Shown: positions 1 through 9,424 of the stretch, piece by piece
Position numbering within the stretch: position 1 is the stretch's first letter
How the letters are laid out: each line of letters begins with the position of its first letter
Source: Clostridia bacterium
GTDB taxonomy: Bacteria > Bacillota > Clostridia > UBA1212 > DUPL01
Length of the DNA stretch: 32,000 nucleotides
Direction of reading: 5' to 3'
Assembly: GCA_050951325.1 (NCBI GenBank)
Contig: JBMNIW010000008.1
Location: forward strand, 62,103-94,102
Notes under the pieces: model-generated
Databases searched by the model: none
Seen by the model: the letters and a program-made list of their open reading frames with translations, nothing else
Told to the model about the DNA's origin: nothing
Program-made: the position numbers and the translations under genes

Positions 1-2
1 TA

Positions 3-2705
3 GCAAATAGTGATACAAAGCCCATTGGGAGAGTTACAAGAAGCATAGGAAACTATGGCACAAAACCCAGGCTTACAGCCACCGTTGTAAGGGCATATAC
101 TAAGAAAAACAGTTTCGAATCCCCTGTTGTTACAAATACCTACTTTGTTGCGGAAAACCTTGCAGACAGATACAAGCTGCCCTTTGTATCCGTATCTTTA
201 GAATTCAACGATTTTGCTGGTACAAGAGGAATATACTTTAACCCATCCATATCCGACAATGTATTTGATACAAAAAAAAGAATAAAAGTTTTTGTTGAGT
301 TTTTTGATGAAAAGGGACTGAAAAGAGACAATCTGTATGCTCAAATGACATTGCAGGGAAACGGTTCTATGGGAGCCACAATGAAATCCTTCCGTCTCTT
401 CTTCAAAAAAGATCTCGACAAGGACACTCTTTTCTATCCAAGCAAACTAACTTACGACATATTTGGAGGAAGGGTCAAGGATAAAGACGGAAATACAATT
501 AACAACTTTAAACGAATCCTTTTAAGAAACTCGGGCAACGACTTCAATCGTTCCATGCTTCGTGACAGATTGATTCAGAAACTGAGTGAACCTTTGACAT
601 GTGATTATCAGGAGTCCCAACCCGTTATGATGTTTATTAACGGCGAGTTCTGGGGAATGTACAATGCAAGAGAGCGTTACGATGACAAATACTTCAGAGA
701 CCATTACGGAATACTGGAAGAAAACATTGTAATGCTGGAAGCCCCTACTCCACTCAAGTTCCATGACAGAAGCTATACGAACCCTTACGAATTGTGTGAA
801 GGCGAAAAAGGTGACGACAAACCCTGGCATGACCTTATCCGATACATAGACACCCACAACCTGTCAAACGACAATTACTACAGGGTGGTCGAAGACCAGG
901 TTGACATATACAGTCTTATGGACATGTATATTGTAAACGTGTTTTTCTGCAATGCCGACTGGCCAGGCAACAATGTAAAGGTGTGGAGAAATAAAAATCC
1001 ACACGATCCAAGCGGCATGGACACAAAATGGCGTTTTGTCCTTATGGACCTGGACATGGGTGCAAGTTTTGGAGCAGGACCTGAACATAACTTTATGGGG
1101 CATGCATTCAACAGGGGCACGGGATGGATATTGACAAAACTTATGACCTCCCTGCTTCAAAACGATGGCTTCAAACAGGAATTTGTAGAGAGATTCGTGT
1201 ACATTGTTGATAATGTATTTACTCCTGAAATTACAATTCCTGTCATGGAAAGCATGGCGGAAGAAATTGAAGCAGCCATGGAACTGAATGTGGCTAGATG
1301 GCCTCAGAACACTATGAACAACTGGAAGATAGAGATTCAGAAAATACGCTCTTTCCTCAACAACAGAGGAAGGTACGTGAAAAATCATGTTTACAACTTC
1401 TTTGGCATTCATCCAAAGGAAGTAAGTTATGTGTTTGATAAAAACAAGGTTTCCCTTGATGTAAACGGACAGAATGTACCAGAAGGATACACAACAGAGG
1501 TTGAGGCAGCCAGCAGCTTGAATCTTTCTGTCACTACTAAGAGCGGGTATGACTTTGTTTCAATAAATGTGATTGACGCAAACGGAAACCAGAAAACATA
1601 TGCACATCCAAAGACTACAGTCTCCTTGAGTGGAAAAACCTCCATTATTGTGCTTGCAAAGATGAAAAACTTTAGGACAACACCACAGATTGTTGCAGGC
1701 TCAAGAAGCATGTTTGCAATCACTGAGAATGGTGATATGTATGCCTGGGGAAACAACGAACTTGGACAGAATGGAGTTTTCACAAGCAAAACTCTGACAA
1801 AACCAACTTTAATAATGACGGGTGTGGTCAAGGTGGCAACATCCATGGGTGGAAACGTAGGCGATTCCCCCCACACCCTTATACTCACCGACAACAACAT
1901 CTTGTACAGTGTGGGCAACAACAATTTCGGACAGCTCGGAAGAGATGGCAATACAACCATTCCAATGAAGGTCAGCTTGACCGGAAAGATTAAAGACATC
2001 AGTGCGGGTTTCGACCATACTCTTGTCTTAATGGAAAACGGAGACTTGTACGGATGCGGAAACAATCAAAGAGGCCAGCTGGGCACAACAAATTTTGGAG
2101 GCCAGGTAAGAAATTTTGTTAAAATTGCATCCAATGTAAGAGAGATTGCTGCAGGCAGGCGTCATTCCGTTTTTGTTGACAACCAGGGAAAAGCCTACGC
2201 TTTGGGAGACAACAGATGGAATAAACTTACAACCCAAAGCGTTGAAAGTTATTCTACCCCCGTACTCATAATGAACAACGTAAGAAATGTATACGCGGGT
2301 GAACACCAGACTCTGCTCTTAACCAATAATAACGAACTGTATTATCTTGGCTGGAGAAACCATGTATCTCTTGCTGCAGGTCAAGCAGACGGCCGCCCAC
2401 ACAAGCTCTTGGACAATGTGAAAAAAGCCAGCATGATGGATGAACACGCAATCATACTGACCAATGACAACAAAGCCTATGGCTGGGGTCTTAACAGCTA
2501 CAGTCAGGTAACCAACGGCACACAGACCCAATCCACCCCCGTACTCATTGCCAACAATGTAGTTGATGTGGCTGCAGGCTCCTGGTTCTCCGCACTCCTT
2601 CATGAGGATGGAAGAATTGTTGTCTGGGGCAACAACAATTCAGGAATTGCCGGAAACGGCACTACATCAGATAAAATAAGCAAAACTACAATTCGACTTA
2701 CCTGA
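3..2705 (+). CDS. CotH-family (spore-coat-kinase-like) domain fused to C-terminal RCC1-type beta-propeller repeats; 5' end lies outside the window
   Basis: The frame of the 345..2705 ORF has no stop back to nt 3 (ANSDTKPIGRV...LPFVSVSLEFNDFAGTRGIYFNP...), so the gene is cut by the window edge. There is a CotH-like block LRNSGNDFNRSMLRDRL...INGEFWGMYNARERYDDKYF. At least 6 RCC1-like repeats follow (WGNNELGQNG, GNNNFGQLGRDG, GNNQRGQLG, GDNRWNKL, GLNSYSQV, WGNNNSGIAGNG). Confidence 0.8.
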   Translation, partial: ANSDTKPIGRVTRSIGNYGTKPRLTATVVRAYTKKNSFESPVVTNTYFVAENLADRYKLPFVSVSLEFNDFAGTRGIYFNPSISDNVFDTKKRIKVFVEFFDEKGLKRDNLYAQMTLQGNGSMGATMKSFRLFFKKDLDKDTLFYPSKLTYDIFGGRVKDKDGNTINNFKRILLRNSGNDFNRSMLRDRLIQKLSEPLTCDYQESQPVMMFINGEFWGMYNARERYDDKYFRDHYGILEENIVMLEAPTPLKFHDRSYTNPYELCEGEKGDDKPWHDLIRYIDTHNLSNDNYYRVVEDQVDIYSLMDMYIVNVFFCNADWPGNNVKVWRNKNPHDPSGMDTKWRFVLMDLDMGASFGAGPEHNFMGHAFNRGTGWILTKLMTSLLQNDGFKQEFVERFVYIVDNVFTPEITIPVMESMAEEIEAAMELNVARWPQNTMNNWKIEIQKIRSFLNNRGRYVKNHVYNFFGIHPKEVSYVFDKNKVSLDVNGQNVPEGYTTEVEAASSLNLSVTTKSGYDFVSINVIDANGNQKTYAHPKTTVSLSGKTSIIVLAKMKNFRTTPQIVAGSRSMFAITENGDMYAWGNNELGQNGVFTSKTLTKPTLIMTGVVKVATSMGGNVGDSPHTLILTDNNILYSVGNNNFGQLGRDGNTTIPMKVSLTGKIKDISAGFDHTLVLMENGDLYGCGNNQRGQLGTTNFGGQVRNFVKIASNVREIAAGRRHSVFVDNQGKAYALGDNRWNKLTTQSVESYSTPVLIMNNVRNVYAGEHQTLLLTNNNELYYLGWRNHVSLAAGQADGRPHKLLDNVKKASMMDEHAIILTNDNKAYGWGLNSYSQVTNGTQTQSTPVLIANNVVDVAAGSWFSALLHEDGRIVVWGNNNSGIAGNGTTSDKISKTTIRLT

Positions 2706-4134
2706 CGATTTCTTTTTCTATCAAGAACCCTAGTTCCTTCCTTACATTTGCAAACTCGTCATTGTCTCTTGTGTAATTTAAAAGTGACTTTGAAACTTTA
2801 TTTATAAGTTTCAGAGTCGCTTCTTTTCCTATGGTTTCTTCCGCCATTTTAAGATATTCAAAATCCTCAATACCATCCCTTACAGCTTCAAGTCTCAATG
2901 AGCCACAAGGACCATTCTCTCCGTTATACAGTAAGGATCCGTCGCCAAACACATAATCAGACAACCATTTGACAGTAGCCATGTCTTCCCAAGGATCGTC
3001 AACATACTCCCAGTAGTTGGAGTGCCAGTACAAAAGGCCATCCACATCATACAGCCTCTTTTGCCAGAACAGAATCCTGTGCATGATTCCTGACATGTCA
3101 ACAAAGAGATTGCAATATGGATCACCAGGCTCCCAGCATACATACCAGAGCACTTTGTCTCCCCTTCTCTTCTTTTCTACCATCTTCTCTCCAAAAGGTT
3201 TTGTTTCAGATACATATACATCCGTGTTTATCCACATGTAACTCTTTGGACACCATATGTTTGAAACGCCGTCCAAAAGCTCCACACTGTCCTTTTCAGG
3301 GCTGTCGATAGGATTAACAAAAAATGGTGTGCATACATTGTTGTTTGGAAACAGCCTGTTCAGCCTTTCCTTGTATTCATACAACTTTTTGTAATGCTCC
3401 ATACATGAAGGCTCGTCTAGAGGATAAAAAAATCCTTTCGAGAACCATTCTTTATTCTTAACAAGTTTGTTATAGTATTTTACAATAGTATCATCGTCAC
3501 TTGAGTAGGGAATTCTGAAACTTGTCATTCGCAGATCCGACAGATATTTGTCTGCCTCATCACTAAGAATATTACAAGGAATGTCATATGCGGATATTTT
3601 ATGCTTAAGTAGAAACTCATAATATTCTGCATATAGTTTATCAGTGCCATGCATTTTCTCAATATACTTTCTACCAAGACCAAAAGCTGTAATGCAGCTT
3701 GGAGTAACCGGAAGAGTAAAATCAAAAACACAAATATCGATATGGGATTTGATTGTTCCCTCTTTAGTACTAATCAAAACCACCGCTTTGTGGTCGCCAG
3801 ATTTTACATCGCTAACAGCATGGAAACGTATGTACACTGGCTGCCTTACGCCCTTTTTTAGAGGTATTTTGGTGTTGTCGCAAATGGGCATAAGTCCGTC
3901 AGGATACATATGTTCTTTCTTTACAGATACATACCTGACAAGAAAAATATCAAAAGTAAAACCGTCTACTTTCACACTTACCGACACTTCGGCATCCACT
4001 TCCGATTTTAGAACCAGCTGGCATCCTTCATATTCATTTCTTGCCATGTAAATCTGAAAACTGCTTGTTTGTCTGTCCAAAGTAGTGTCGTTAAGTATCT
4101 TTGAATAAGGATGGTCAAAATAATATTTTATCAT
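2698..4134 (-). CDS. DUF4091-like glycoside-hydrolase-like protein
   Basis: Uninterrupted 478-aa ORF. Blocks such as WYVCWEPGDPYCNLF, LLYWHSNYW and RLEAVRDGIEDFEYL resemble DUF4091-family proteins, as recalled from memory. The 3' end overlaps the convergent CotH gene by 8 nt. Confidence 0.55.
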   Translation of the reverse strand: MIKYYFDHPYSKILNDTTLDRQTSSFQIYMARNEYEGCQLVLKSEVDAEVSVSVKVDGFTFDIFLVRYVSVKKEHMYPDGLMPICDNTKIPLKKGVRQPVYIRFHAVSDVKSGDHKAVVLISTKEGTIKSHIDICVFDFTLPVTPSCITAFGLGRKYIEKMHGTDKLYAEYYEFLLKHKISAYDIPCNILSDEADKYLSDLRMTSFRIPYSSDDDTIVKYYNKLVKNKEWFSKGFFYPLDEPSCMEHYKKLYEYKERLNRLFPNNNVCTPFFVNPIDSPEKDSVELLDGVSNIWCPKSYMWINTDVYVSETKPFGEKMVEKKRRGDKVLWYVCWEPGDPYCNLFVDMSGIMHRILFWQKRLYDVDGLLYWHSNYWEYVDDPWEDMATVKWLSDYVFGDGSLLYNGENGPCGSLRLEAVRDGIEDFEYLKMAEETIGKEATLKLINKVSKSLLNYTRDNDEFANVRKELGFLIEKEIVR

Positions 4135-4187
4135 AATATCACCCGTTTTTAATAATATAGGCCAATTATATCATAATCTCAAGTCCC

Positions 4188-4216
4188 TATACATATATTA
4201 AAGATTGTGGTATAAT
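4188..4216 (+). promoter_or_regulatory. Candidate sigma-A promoter of dfx (TATACA-N14-TGgTATAAT, extended -10)
   Basis: TGgTATAAT lies at 4208..4216 with a -35-like TATACA at 4188..4193. The ORF-track ATG at 4215 sits inside the -10 box. Confidence 0.45.
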
Positions 4217-4247
4217 GCAGACATTACAAAAAAAGGAGATGAAAGGC

Positions 4248-4634
4248 ATGTGTAAAAACCAAAAATTCTTCAGATGTAAGATGTGCGGCAAGATAATTGG
4301 TATAATTGAAGACACAGGTGTACCAACTATATGCTGCGGACAGGAAATGTATGAACTAATCCCCAACACCGAGGATGCCTCAACTGAAAAGCACGTTCCA
4401 AAAGTAACTGTTGAAGGCAACATAGTAACTGTTGAGGTAGGTAGCGCACCTCATCCAATGATTCCAGAACACTATATCCAATGGATATATCTCCTTACCG
4501 AACACGGCGGTCAAAGAAAATGCCTGACCCCCGATGACGAACCGAAAGCAATCTTTGCACTTGCCGAAGGCGACAAAGCCCTAAGTGCATTTGAATACTG
4601 TAATCTCCACGGCCTGTGGAAAGCGGATATTTAG
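4248..4634 (+). CDS. dfx: Desulfoferrodoxin (superoxide reductase)
   Basis: N-terminal desulforedoxin-type Cys motifs (FFRCKMCGKIIG...ICCGQEM) are followed by a neelaredoxin-type domain (EKHVPKV..., HPMIPEHYIQWIY, CNLHGLW). AGGAG at 4234..4238 lies 9 nt upstream of the ATG at 4248, so 4248 is preferred over the track start at 4215. Confidence 0.85.
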   Translation: MCKNQKFFRCKMCGKIIGIIEDTGVPTICCGQEMYELIPNTEDASTEKHVPKVTVEGNIVTVEVGSAPHPMIPEHYIQWIYLLTEHGGQRKCLTPDDEPKAIFALAEGDKALSAFEYCNLHGLWKADI

Positions 4635-4645
4635 AACATAACTTT

Positions 4646-4666
4646 AAGGGCAGTGCATCTGCCCTT
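4646..4666 (+). terminator. Hairpin downstream of dfx (AAGGGCAG-tgcat-CTGCCCTT)
   Basis: Perfect 8-bp stem 12 nt after the dfx stop codon. The trailing tract (aatatttc) is only moderately T-rich. Confidence 0.45.
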
Positions 4667-4698
4667 AATATTTCATAAGCAAATGAAGTGAGGTTGAC

Positions 4699-5364
4699 AT
4701 GTCGAATTTCTTTAAAGAAGCTCTCCCGTTTTACAAAAAACTTTCAAAAGAAGAACAGAAGTTGATTGCCAACAACATATACGAGAAAACTTTTTTAAAA
4801 GGCACCATAATACACTCCGGCTCACAAGACTGTACAGGTCTTTTTTTAGTAGAAATCGGAGCAGTTCGTGCATACATCCTCTCTGAAGATGGAAAGGAAA
4901 TAACACTGTACAGGCTGCTTCCAAGGGATATTTGCATGTTTTCAGCATCCTGTGTCATGAATAACATATCATTCGATATATTTATGGAAACGATAACAGA
5001 CACAGTCGTTCATGTAATACCGCCTGATATTTTCAAAACACTGAAAAACACCTCTTTGCCTGTTGCAGACTACATAAGCAAATTAATGGCCAGCAGGGTT
5101 TCTGACATGGTTTGGGTTATTGAGCAGGTGGTGTTTAAAAGTTTTGATAAAAGACTTGCAGCTTTTCTATTGGAAATGTCGGCTATTGAAGATTCCAACA
5201 CCCTTGCCACAACCCATGATCAGATTGCCAAAAATCTCGGCACGGCAAGAGAGGTGGTTTCAAGAATGCTCAAATACTTTGAGTCCAATAATCTGGTTGA
5301 ATTAAACAGGGGTGTTGTAAGGATAATAGATACGGATGCACTTTACAACCTGTCGGAGAGTTAA
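4699..5364 (+). CDS. Crp/Fnr-family transcriptional regulator
   Basis: 221 aa. An N-terminal cNMP-binding-like beta-roll (GLFLVEIGAVRAYILSEDGKEITLYRL) is followed by a C-terminal HTH (THDQIAKNLGTAREVVSRMLKYFESNNLV). Confidence 0.8.
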   Translation: MSNFFKEALPFYKKLSKEEQKLIANNIYEKTFLKGTIIHSGSQDCTGLFLVEIGAVRAYILSEDGKEITLYRLLPRDICMFSASCVMNNISFDIFMETITDTVVHVIPPDIFKTLKNTSLPVADYISKLMASRVSDMVWVIEQVVFKSFDKRLAAFLLEMSAIEDSNTLATTHDQIAKNLGTAREVVSRMLKYFESNNLVELNRGVVRIIDTDALYNLSES

Positions 5365-5377
5365 GAAGGAGTAAGGA

Positions 5378-5947
5378 ATGAAGGATAAATTCAGCAAATA
5401 TTGGACTTTATTCATATCAACTTTCAAGATAAGCGCCTTCACCTTTGGGGGCGGCTTTGTCATTGTGCCCCTTATGAAGAAGAAGTTCTGTGATGAACTT
5501 AATTGGATAAAGGAAGATGAGATTCTCGACCTTATTGCCATAGCCCAGTCATCTCCTGGTGCCATTGCGGTAAACGCATCTATAATAATTGGGCATAGAA
5601 TTTTGGGTGTAACAGGAGCATTAGTTGCAGCTATTGCCACTGTCCTGCCCCCTCTTATTATCCTTTCTGTCATATCCTTCTTTTATACCTTCTTCAAGGA
5701 GAATAGAATTATAAATGCTCTTTTGAAAGGAATGCAGGCGGGAGTTGCAGCAGTTATTGTGGATGTTGTTTTTGAAATGGCTTCCAAGATAGTAAAGAAA
5801 AAAGAAATAGTCTCTATTCTTTTAATGACAATATCTTTTATACTCGTCTTTTTCTTTAGGATCAACCTTTATCTTCTAATACTGACAGGCGCTCTGGTGG
5901 GTGTTTTGTACAAGCTAATTCAGAACAAAAGGAAGAATGCCTTATGA
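5378..5947 (+). CDS. Chromate transporter (CHR) family protein, short-chain half 1
   Basis: 189 aa and hydrophobic, with the FGGG motif (AFTFGGGFVIVPLM) typical of CHR-family half-size proteins. It overlaps the next gene by 4 nt. Confidence 0.75.
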   Translation: MKDKFSKYWTLFISTFKISAFTFGGGFVIVPLMKKKFCDELNWIKEDEILDLIAIAQSSPGAIAVNASIIIGHRILGVTGALVAAIATVLPPLIILSVISFFYTFFKENRIINALLKGMQAGVAAVIVDVVFEMASKIVKKKEIVSILLMTISFILVFFFRINLYLLILTGALVGVLYKLIQNKRKNAL

Positions 5948-6516
5948 TATACCTAAAGCTTTTTTGGAGTTTCCTACAAATAGGATTGTTAAGCATAGGT
6001 GGTGGGTATGCTGCCCTCCCCCTTATACAGGAACGCATAGTGGAAAAAAACAACTGGCTCACCATGGAGACCTTTACCGATTTGATAACAATATCGGAAA
6101 TGACACCAGGGCCAATTGCAATAAATTCGGCCACCTTTGTCGGCATGCGGGTTGCTGGCATACCGGGTGCAATTGCAACGACTATTGGCTTGGTCCTACC
6201 TGCATTCATAATTGTTATCACACTGGCATATTTCTATAACCGCTTTGTATCCTCCTTTGTAATGGACGGCATATTAACGGGCCTTAGACCCATAGTGGTT
6301 GCTTTAATAGGTTCAGCTGGTCTTTCCATTACATTTACCGTCTTATGGGAGCAAACGAGAATCATCGGTGTTCTTAATAATTTGAAGAACATCGACGTCT
6401 TCTCCCTTATTCTCTTTTTAGGCAGTATTGTCATTCTTAGAAGGTTCAAGCCAAATCCAATCCTTGTAATGCTGGGCTGCGGTGTCCTGGGAGTACTGTT
6501 CTATATGTTTGCTTAA
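5944..6516 (+). CDS. Chromate transporter (CHR) family protein, short-chain half 2
   Basis: 190 aa, with LLSIGGGYAALPLIQERIV and a PGPIAIN motif. The paired arrangement resembles B. subtilis YwrA/YwrB. Confidence 0.75.
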   Translation: MIYLKLFWSFLQIGLLSIGGGYAALPLIQERIVEKNNWLTMETFTDLITISEMTPGPIAINSATFVGMRVAGIPGAIATTIGLVLPAFIIVITLAYFYNRFVSSFVMDGILTGLRPIVVALIGSAGLSITFTVLWEQTRIIGVLNNLKNIDVFSLILFLGSIVILRRFKPNPILVMLGCGVLGVLFYMFA

Positions 6517-6545
6517 AAATTTTTGTAAAAAATTAAAAATTGGTC

Positions 6546-6617
6546 TTGAACATTGCCTGATTATGTATTATTATATATCTAGTGTATTTGTAACACCAGA
6601 AACACAACATATTGAGC
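6546..6617 (+). promoter_or_regulatory. nrdD promoter (TTGAAC-N17-TATTAT) with two candidate NrdR boxes
   Basis: -35 TTGAAC lies at 6546..6551 and -10 TATTAT at 6569..6574. Box 1 is ATTATATATCTAGTGT (6570..6585) and box 2 is ACACAACATATTGAGC (6602..6617). Against the recalled NrdR consensus acaCwAtATaTwGtgt they match about 12/16 and 13/16 positions, and their starts are 32 bp apart. Confidence 0.5.
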
Positions 6618-6650
6618 TTTTTAATGATATATCCCGTAGGAGGTAACGAC

Positions 6651-8750
6651 ATGATAACTAAAATTATTAAACGCAATGGAGATGTTGTCCCTTTTAAGAA
6701 AGAAAAAATCGTACTTGCCATATTCAAGGCTGCAAATGCAGTAGGTGGAGACGACTTTGCAACATCTGAACGCCTGGCAGAAGAAGTTGTAAGGATTGCG
6801 GAGCAGACATGCCCAGACGGAGTTGCAGAAGTAGAAAAGATTCAAGATATAGTTGAGAAAGTATTGATAGAACACGGACATGCTAAAACAGCCAAAGCAT
6901 TTATCCTTTACCGCGAAAAGAGACGTTCCGCTCGTCAGGCCAATGCACTAATCGGCGCTACAATAGATATGTTCAGCAATTATCTTAATGATACAGACTG
7001 GAAAATAAATGAGAATGCAAATACACAAAAATCAATAAACGGCCTGAACAATTATGTAAGGGAAGCTTTTACACAAAATTACTGGCTACATGAAATATAT
7101 CCTGTTGATGTCAGGGATGCCCACGTATCCGGAGACATCCATATTCACGACTTGGGCTTCTTTGGCCCCTATTGTGCTGGATGGGATTTAAGACAGCTTC
7201 TTATGAACGGTTTTGGAGGCGTTCCTGGTAAAGTTGAGTCAAAACCCGCAAAGCACTTGCGCTCATTGCTTGGACAAATTGTCAATTCAACCTTTACGAC
7301 CCAGGGAGAGACTGCCGGAGCACAAGCCTGGTCATCCATTGACACCTATTGCGCTCCATTTATCAGGTATGACAACCTTGACTACAAATCAGTCAAACAG
7401 GCTCTACAGGAGTTCATATTCAACCTTAACGTACCCACAAGAGTTGGCTTCCAGTGTCCGTTTTCCAACCTTACATTCGACCTCGTTCCTCCAAGCACAT
7501 TGAAAGACCAGAATGTAATTATTGGCGGACAGCTCATGCCTGAAACCTACGGAGAATTCCAGAAGGAAATGGATATATTCAATACAGCCTTCTGCGAAGT
7601 TATGATGGAAGGCGATGCAAAGGGAAGAGTTTTCACCTTTCCAATCCCAACCATTAACGTTACCAAGGACTTTGACTGGGACAGCCCCGTAGTGGAAAAA
7701 TTCATGGAAATAACCTGCAAGTATGGTATCCCCTACTTCTCCAACTATATCAATTCCGACCTGTCTCCCGAGGACGCTTTGTCCATGTGCTGCAGACTCA
7801 GACTTGACACCTCCGAGCTGAGAAAGAGAGGCGGCGGATTGTTTGGCTCCAACCCATTGACAGGCTCCATCGGCGTTGTAACCGTCAACCTGCCAAGACT
7901 TGCATATATTTCAAAGTCTGAATCTGAATTCAGGACAAGACTCTGGCATCTTGTAAACCTGTCAAAGAACAGCCTTGAGATAAAGAGGAAGATTATTGAG
8001 GACCAAACACATAAAGGACTTTATCCATATTCAGCCTTTTATCTAAAAGATGTCTACAACAAGACAGGAAGCTACTGGTACAACCACTTTAACACCATCG
8101 GCATTATTGGTATGAATGAGGCATGCATGAACCTGTTAGGTCCTGAAAATGATATTACAACACCTGAAGGACAGCGTTTTGCCATAGAAACACTTGAGTA
8201 CCTAAGAGATTTGATTAAGGAAATACAGGAGGAAACAGGCCACTACTACAACCTTGAGGCAACCCCGGCGGAAGGCACAAGCTACCGTCTTGCAAAACTG
8301 GACAAGGAGAAATACAAGGATATAATTACTCAAGGTACCAATGTGCCCTATTACACAAATTCCTCGCATCTGCCTGTTGGATTTACAGATGACATATTTG
8401 AAACCCTGGATCTGCAGGATGAATTACAATCCCTGTATACAGGAGGAACGGTTCTGCACTTCTATTTGGGAGAAGAAGTAAGAGACACTGAGACTGCAAA
8501 GGCCTTAATTAAAAGGATATTCACAAACTACAAACTCCCATATATTTCTCTTACACCTACCTTCTCAGTATGCAACGACCACGGATATATTCCAGGAGAA
8601 CACTTCAGATGCCCTGTATGCGACTGTCCTGCTGAAGTTTACACAAGAGTTGTGGGTTACCTAAGACCTGTACAGAACTTCAACAAGGGCAAGAAGGAAG
8701 AGTACAAGGACAGAATCAAATACGTTATTAGGGAAGAGGTATTATGTTAA
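6651..8750 (+). CDS. nrdD: Anaerobic ribonucleoside-triphosphate reductase (class III RNR)
   Basis: N-terminal ATP-cone (IIKRNGDVVPFKKEKI), a C-terminal Zn-ribbon (CPVCDC) and the glycyl-radical motif RVVGYLRP. AGGAGG at 6639..6644 supports the ATG at 6651 over the track start at 6612. Confidence 0.93.
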   Translation: MITKIIKRNGDVVPFKKEKIVLAIFKAANAVGGDDFATSERLAEEVVRIAEQTCPDGVAEVEKIQDIVEKVLIEHGHAKTAKAFILYREKRRSARQANALIGATIDMFSNYLNDTDWKINENANTQKSINGLNNYVREAFTQNYWLHEIYPVDVRDAHVSGDIHIHDLGFFGPYCAGWDLRQLLMNGFGGVPGKVESKPAKHLRSLLGQIVNSTFTTQGETAGAQAWSSIDTYCAPFIRYDNLDYKSVKQALQEFIFNLNVPTRVGFQCPFSNLTFDLVPPSTLKDQNVIIGGQLMPETYGEFQKEMDIFNTAFCEVMMEGDAKGRVFTFPIPTINVTKDFDWDSPVVEKFMEITCKYGIPYFSNYINSDLSPEDALSMCCRLRLDTSELRKRGGGLFGSNPLTGSIGVVTVNLPRLAYISKSESEFRTRLWHLVNLSKNSLEIKRKIIEDQTHKGLYPYSAFYLKDVYNKTGSYWYNHFNTIGIIGMNEACMNLLGPENDITTPEGQRFAIETLEYLRDLIKEIQEETGHYYNLEATPAEGTSYRLAKLDKEKYKDIITQGTNVPYYTNSSHLPVGFTDDIFETLDLQDELQSLYTGGTVLHFYLGEEVRDTETAKALIKRIFTNYKLPYISLTPTFSVCNDHGYIPGEHFRCPVCDCPAEVYTRVVGYLRPVQNFNKGKKEEYKDRIKYVIREEVLC

Positions 8751-9424
8751 TAGAGGGTATTGTAAAAAGTTCACTTATTGACTTTCCAAAGACATTATCT
8801 TGCATACTTTTTACATCCATATGTAATTTTGATTGTTTTTATTGTCACAACCGGGACCTGATTAAAGGTTCCGGTTCCATTATCAGCGAGGATGAAATAT
8901 TTTCATTTCTCAAGAAACGCCAGGGTCTTCTTGATGGTGTTGTAATTACAGGCGGAGAACCGACACTTCAAAAGGATCTTATTCCTTTCATGTCAAAAAT
9001 TAAGGCTCTGGGATACAAGATAAAACTGGACACAAACGGCAGTAAACCTGAAGTGGTAAAAAATGTACTTGAAGAAAACTTGTGCGACTATTTTGCGGTA
9101 GACTACAAGGCACCACAAGACAGGTATTTTGAGATTTGCAGCTTTCCAGGTACAAAGGTATTGGAAACGATAAACATATTACTGGAAAGCAATGTAGACT
9201 TTGAGGCAAGAACTACAGTCGTACCTCAATTGACACTTGAAGACTTGATAACAATGGCAAAGGAACTTCCCAAGCTTCCCAAATATGTTTTGAACAAATA
9301 TGTAAAACCAAAAAAATTCCTGGAAAAAGATATGGAAAGAATTAATGCAAAACCATACTCACCGGATGAAATTAAGGAAATGGCAAACGTATTGAGAAAA
9401 TATCAACCTTACGTCATTACTTAG
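8744..9424 (+). CDS. nrdG: Anaerobic RNR activating protein (radical SAM)
   Basis: CNFDCFYCHN radical-SAM cluster motif and GGEPTLQ. It overlaps the nrdD stop by 7 nt. Confidence 0.88.
   Translation: MLIEGIVKSSLIDFPKTLSCILFTSICNFDCFYCHNRDLIKGSGSIISEDEIFSFLKKRQGLLDGVVITGGEPTLQKDLIPFMSKIKALGYKIKLDTNGSKPEVVKNVLEENLCDYFAVDYKAPQDRYFEICSFPGTKVLETINILLESNVDFEARTTVVPQLTLEDLITMAKELPKLPKYVLNKYVKPKKFLEKDMERINAKPYSPDEIKEMANVLRKYQPYVIT

Noticed and set aside
140-331. 63-aa minus-strand ORF at the left edge
   Set aside because: It lies antisense to the open CotH reading frame, which extends to nt 3. It has no RBS and no recognisable family.
4215-4247. Track start codon 4215 for dfx, and likewise 6612 for nrdD, 14415 for maf, 24778 for cas2 and 30199 for the GH-like gene
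   Set aside because: These ATGs lack properly spaced RBSs or lie inside promoter elements or upstream genes. Downstream ATGs have good RBSs and give N-termini matching known family members.
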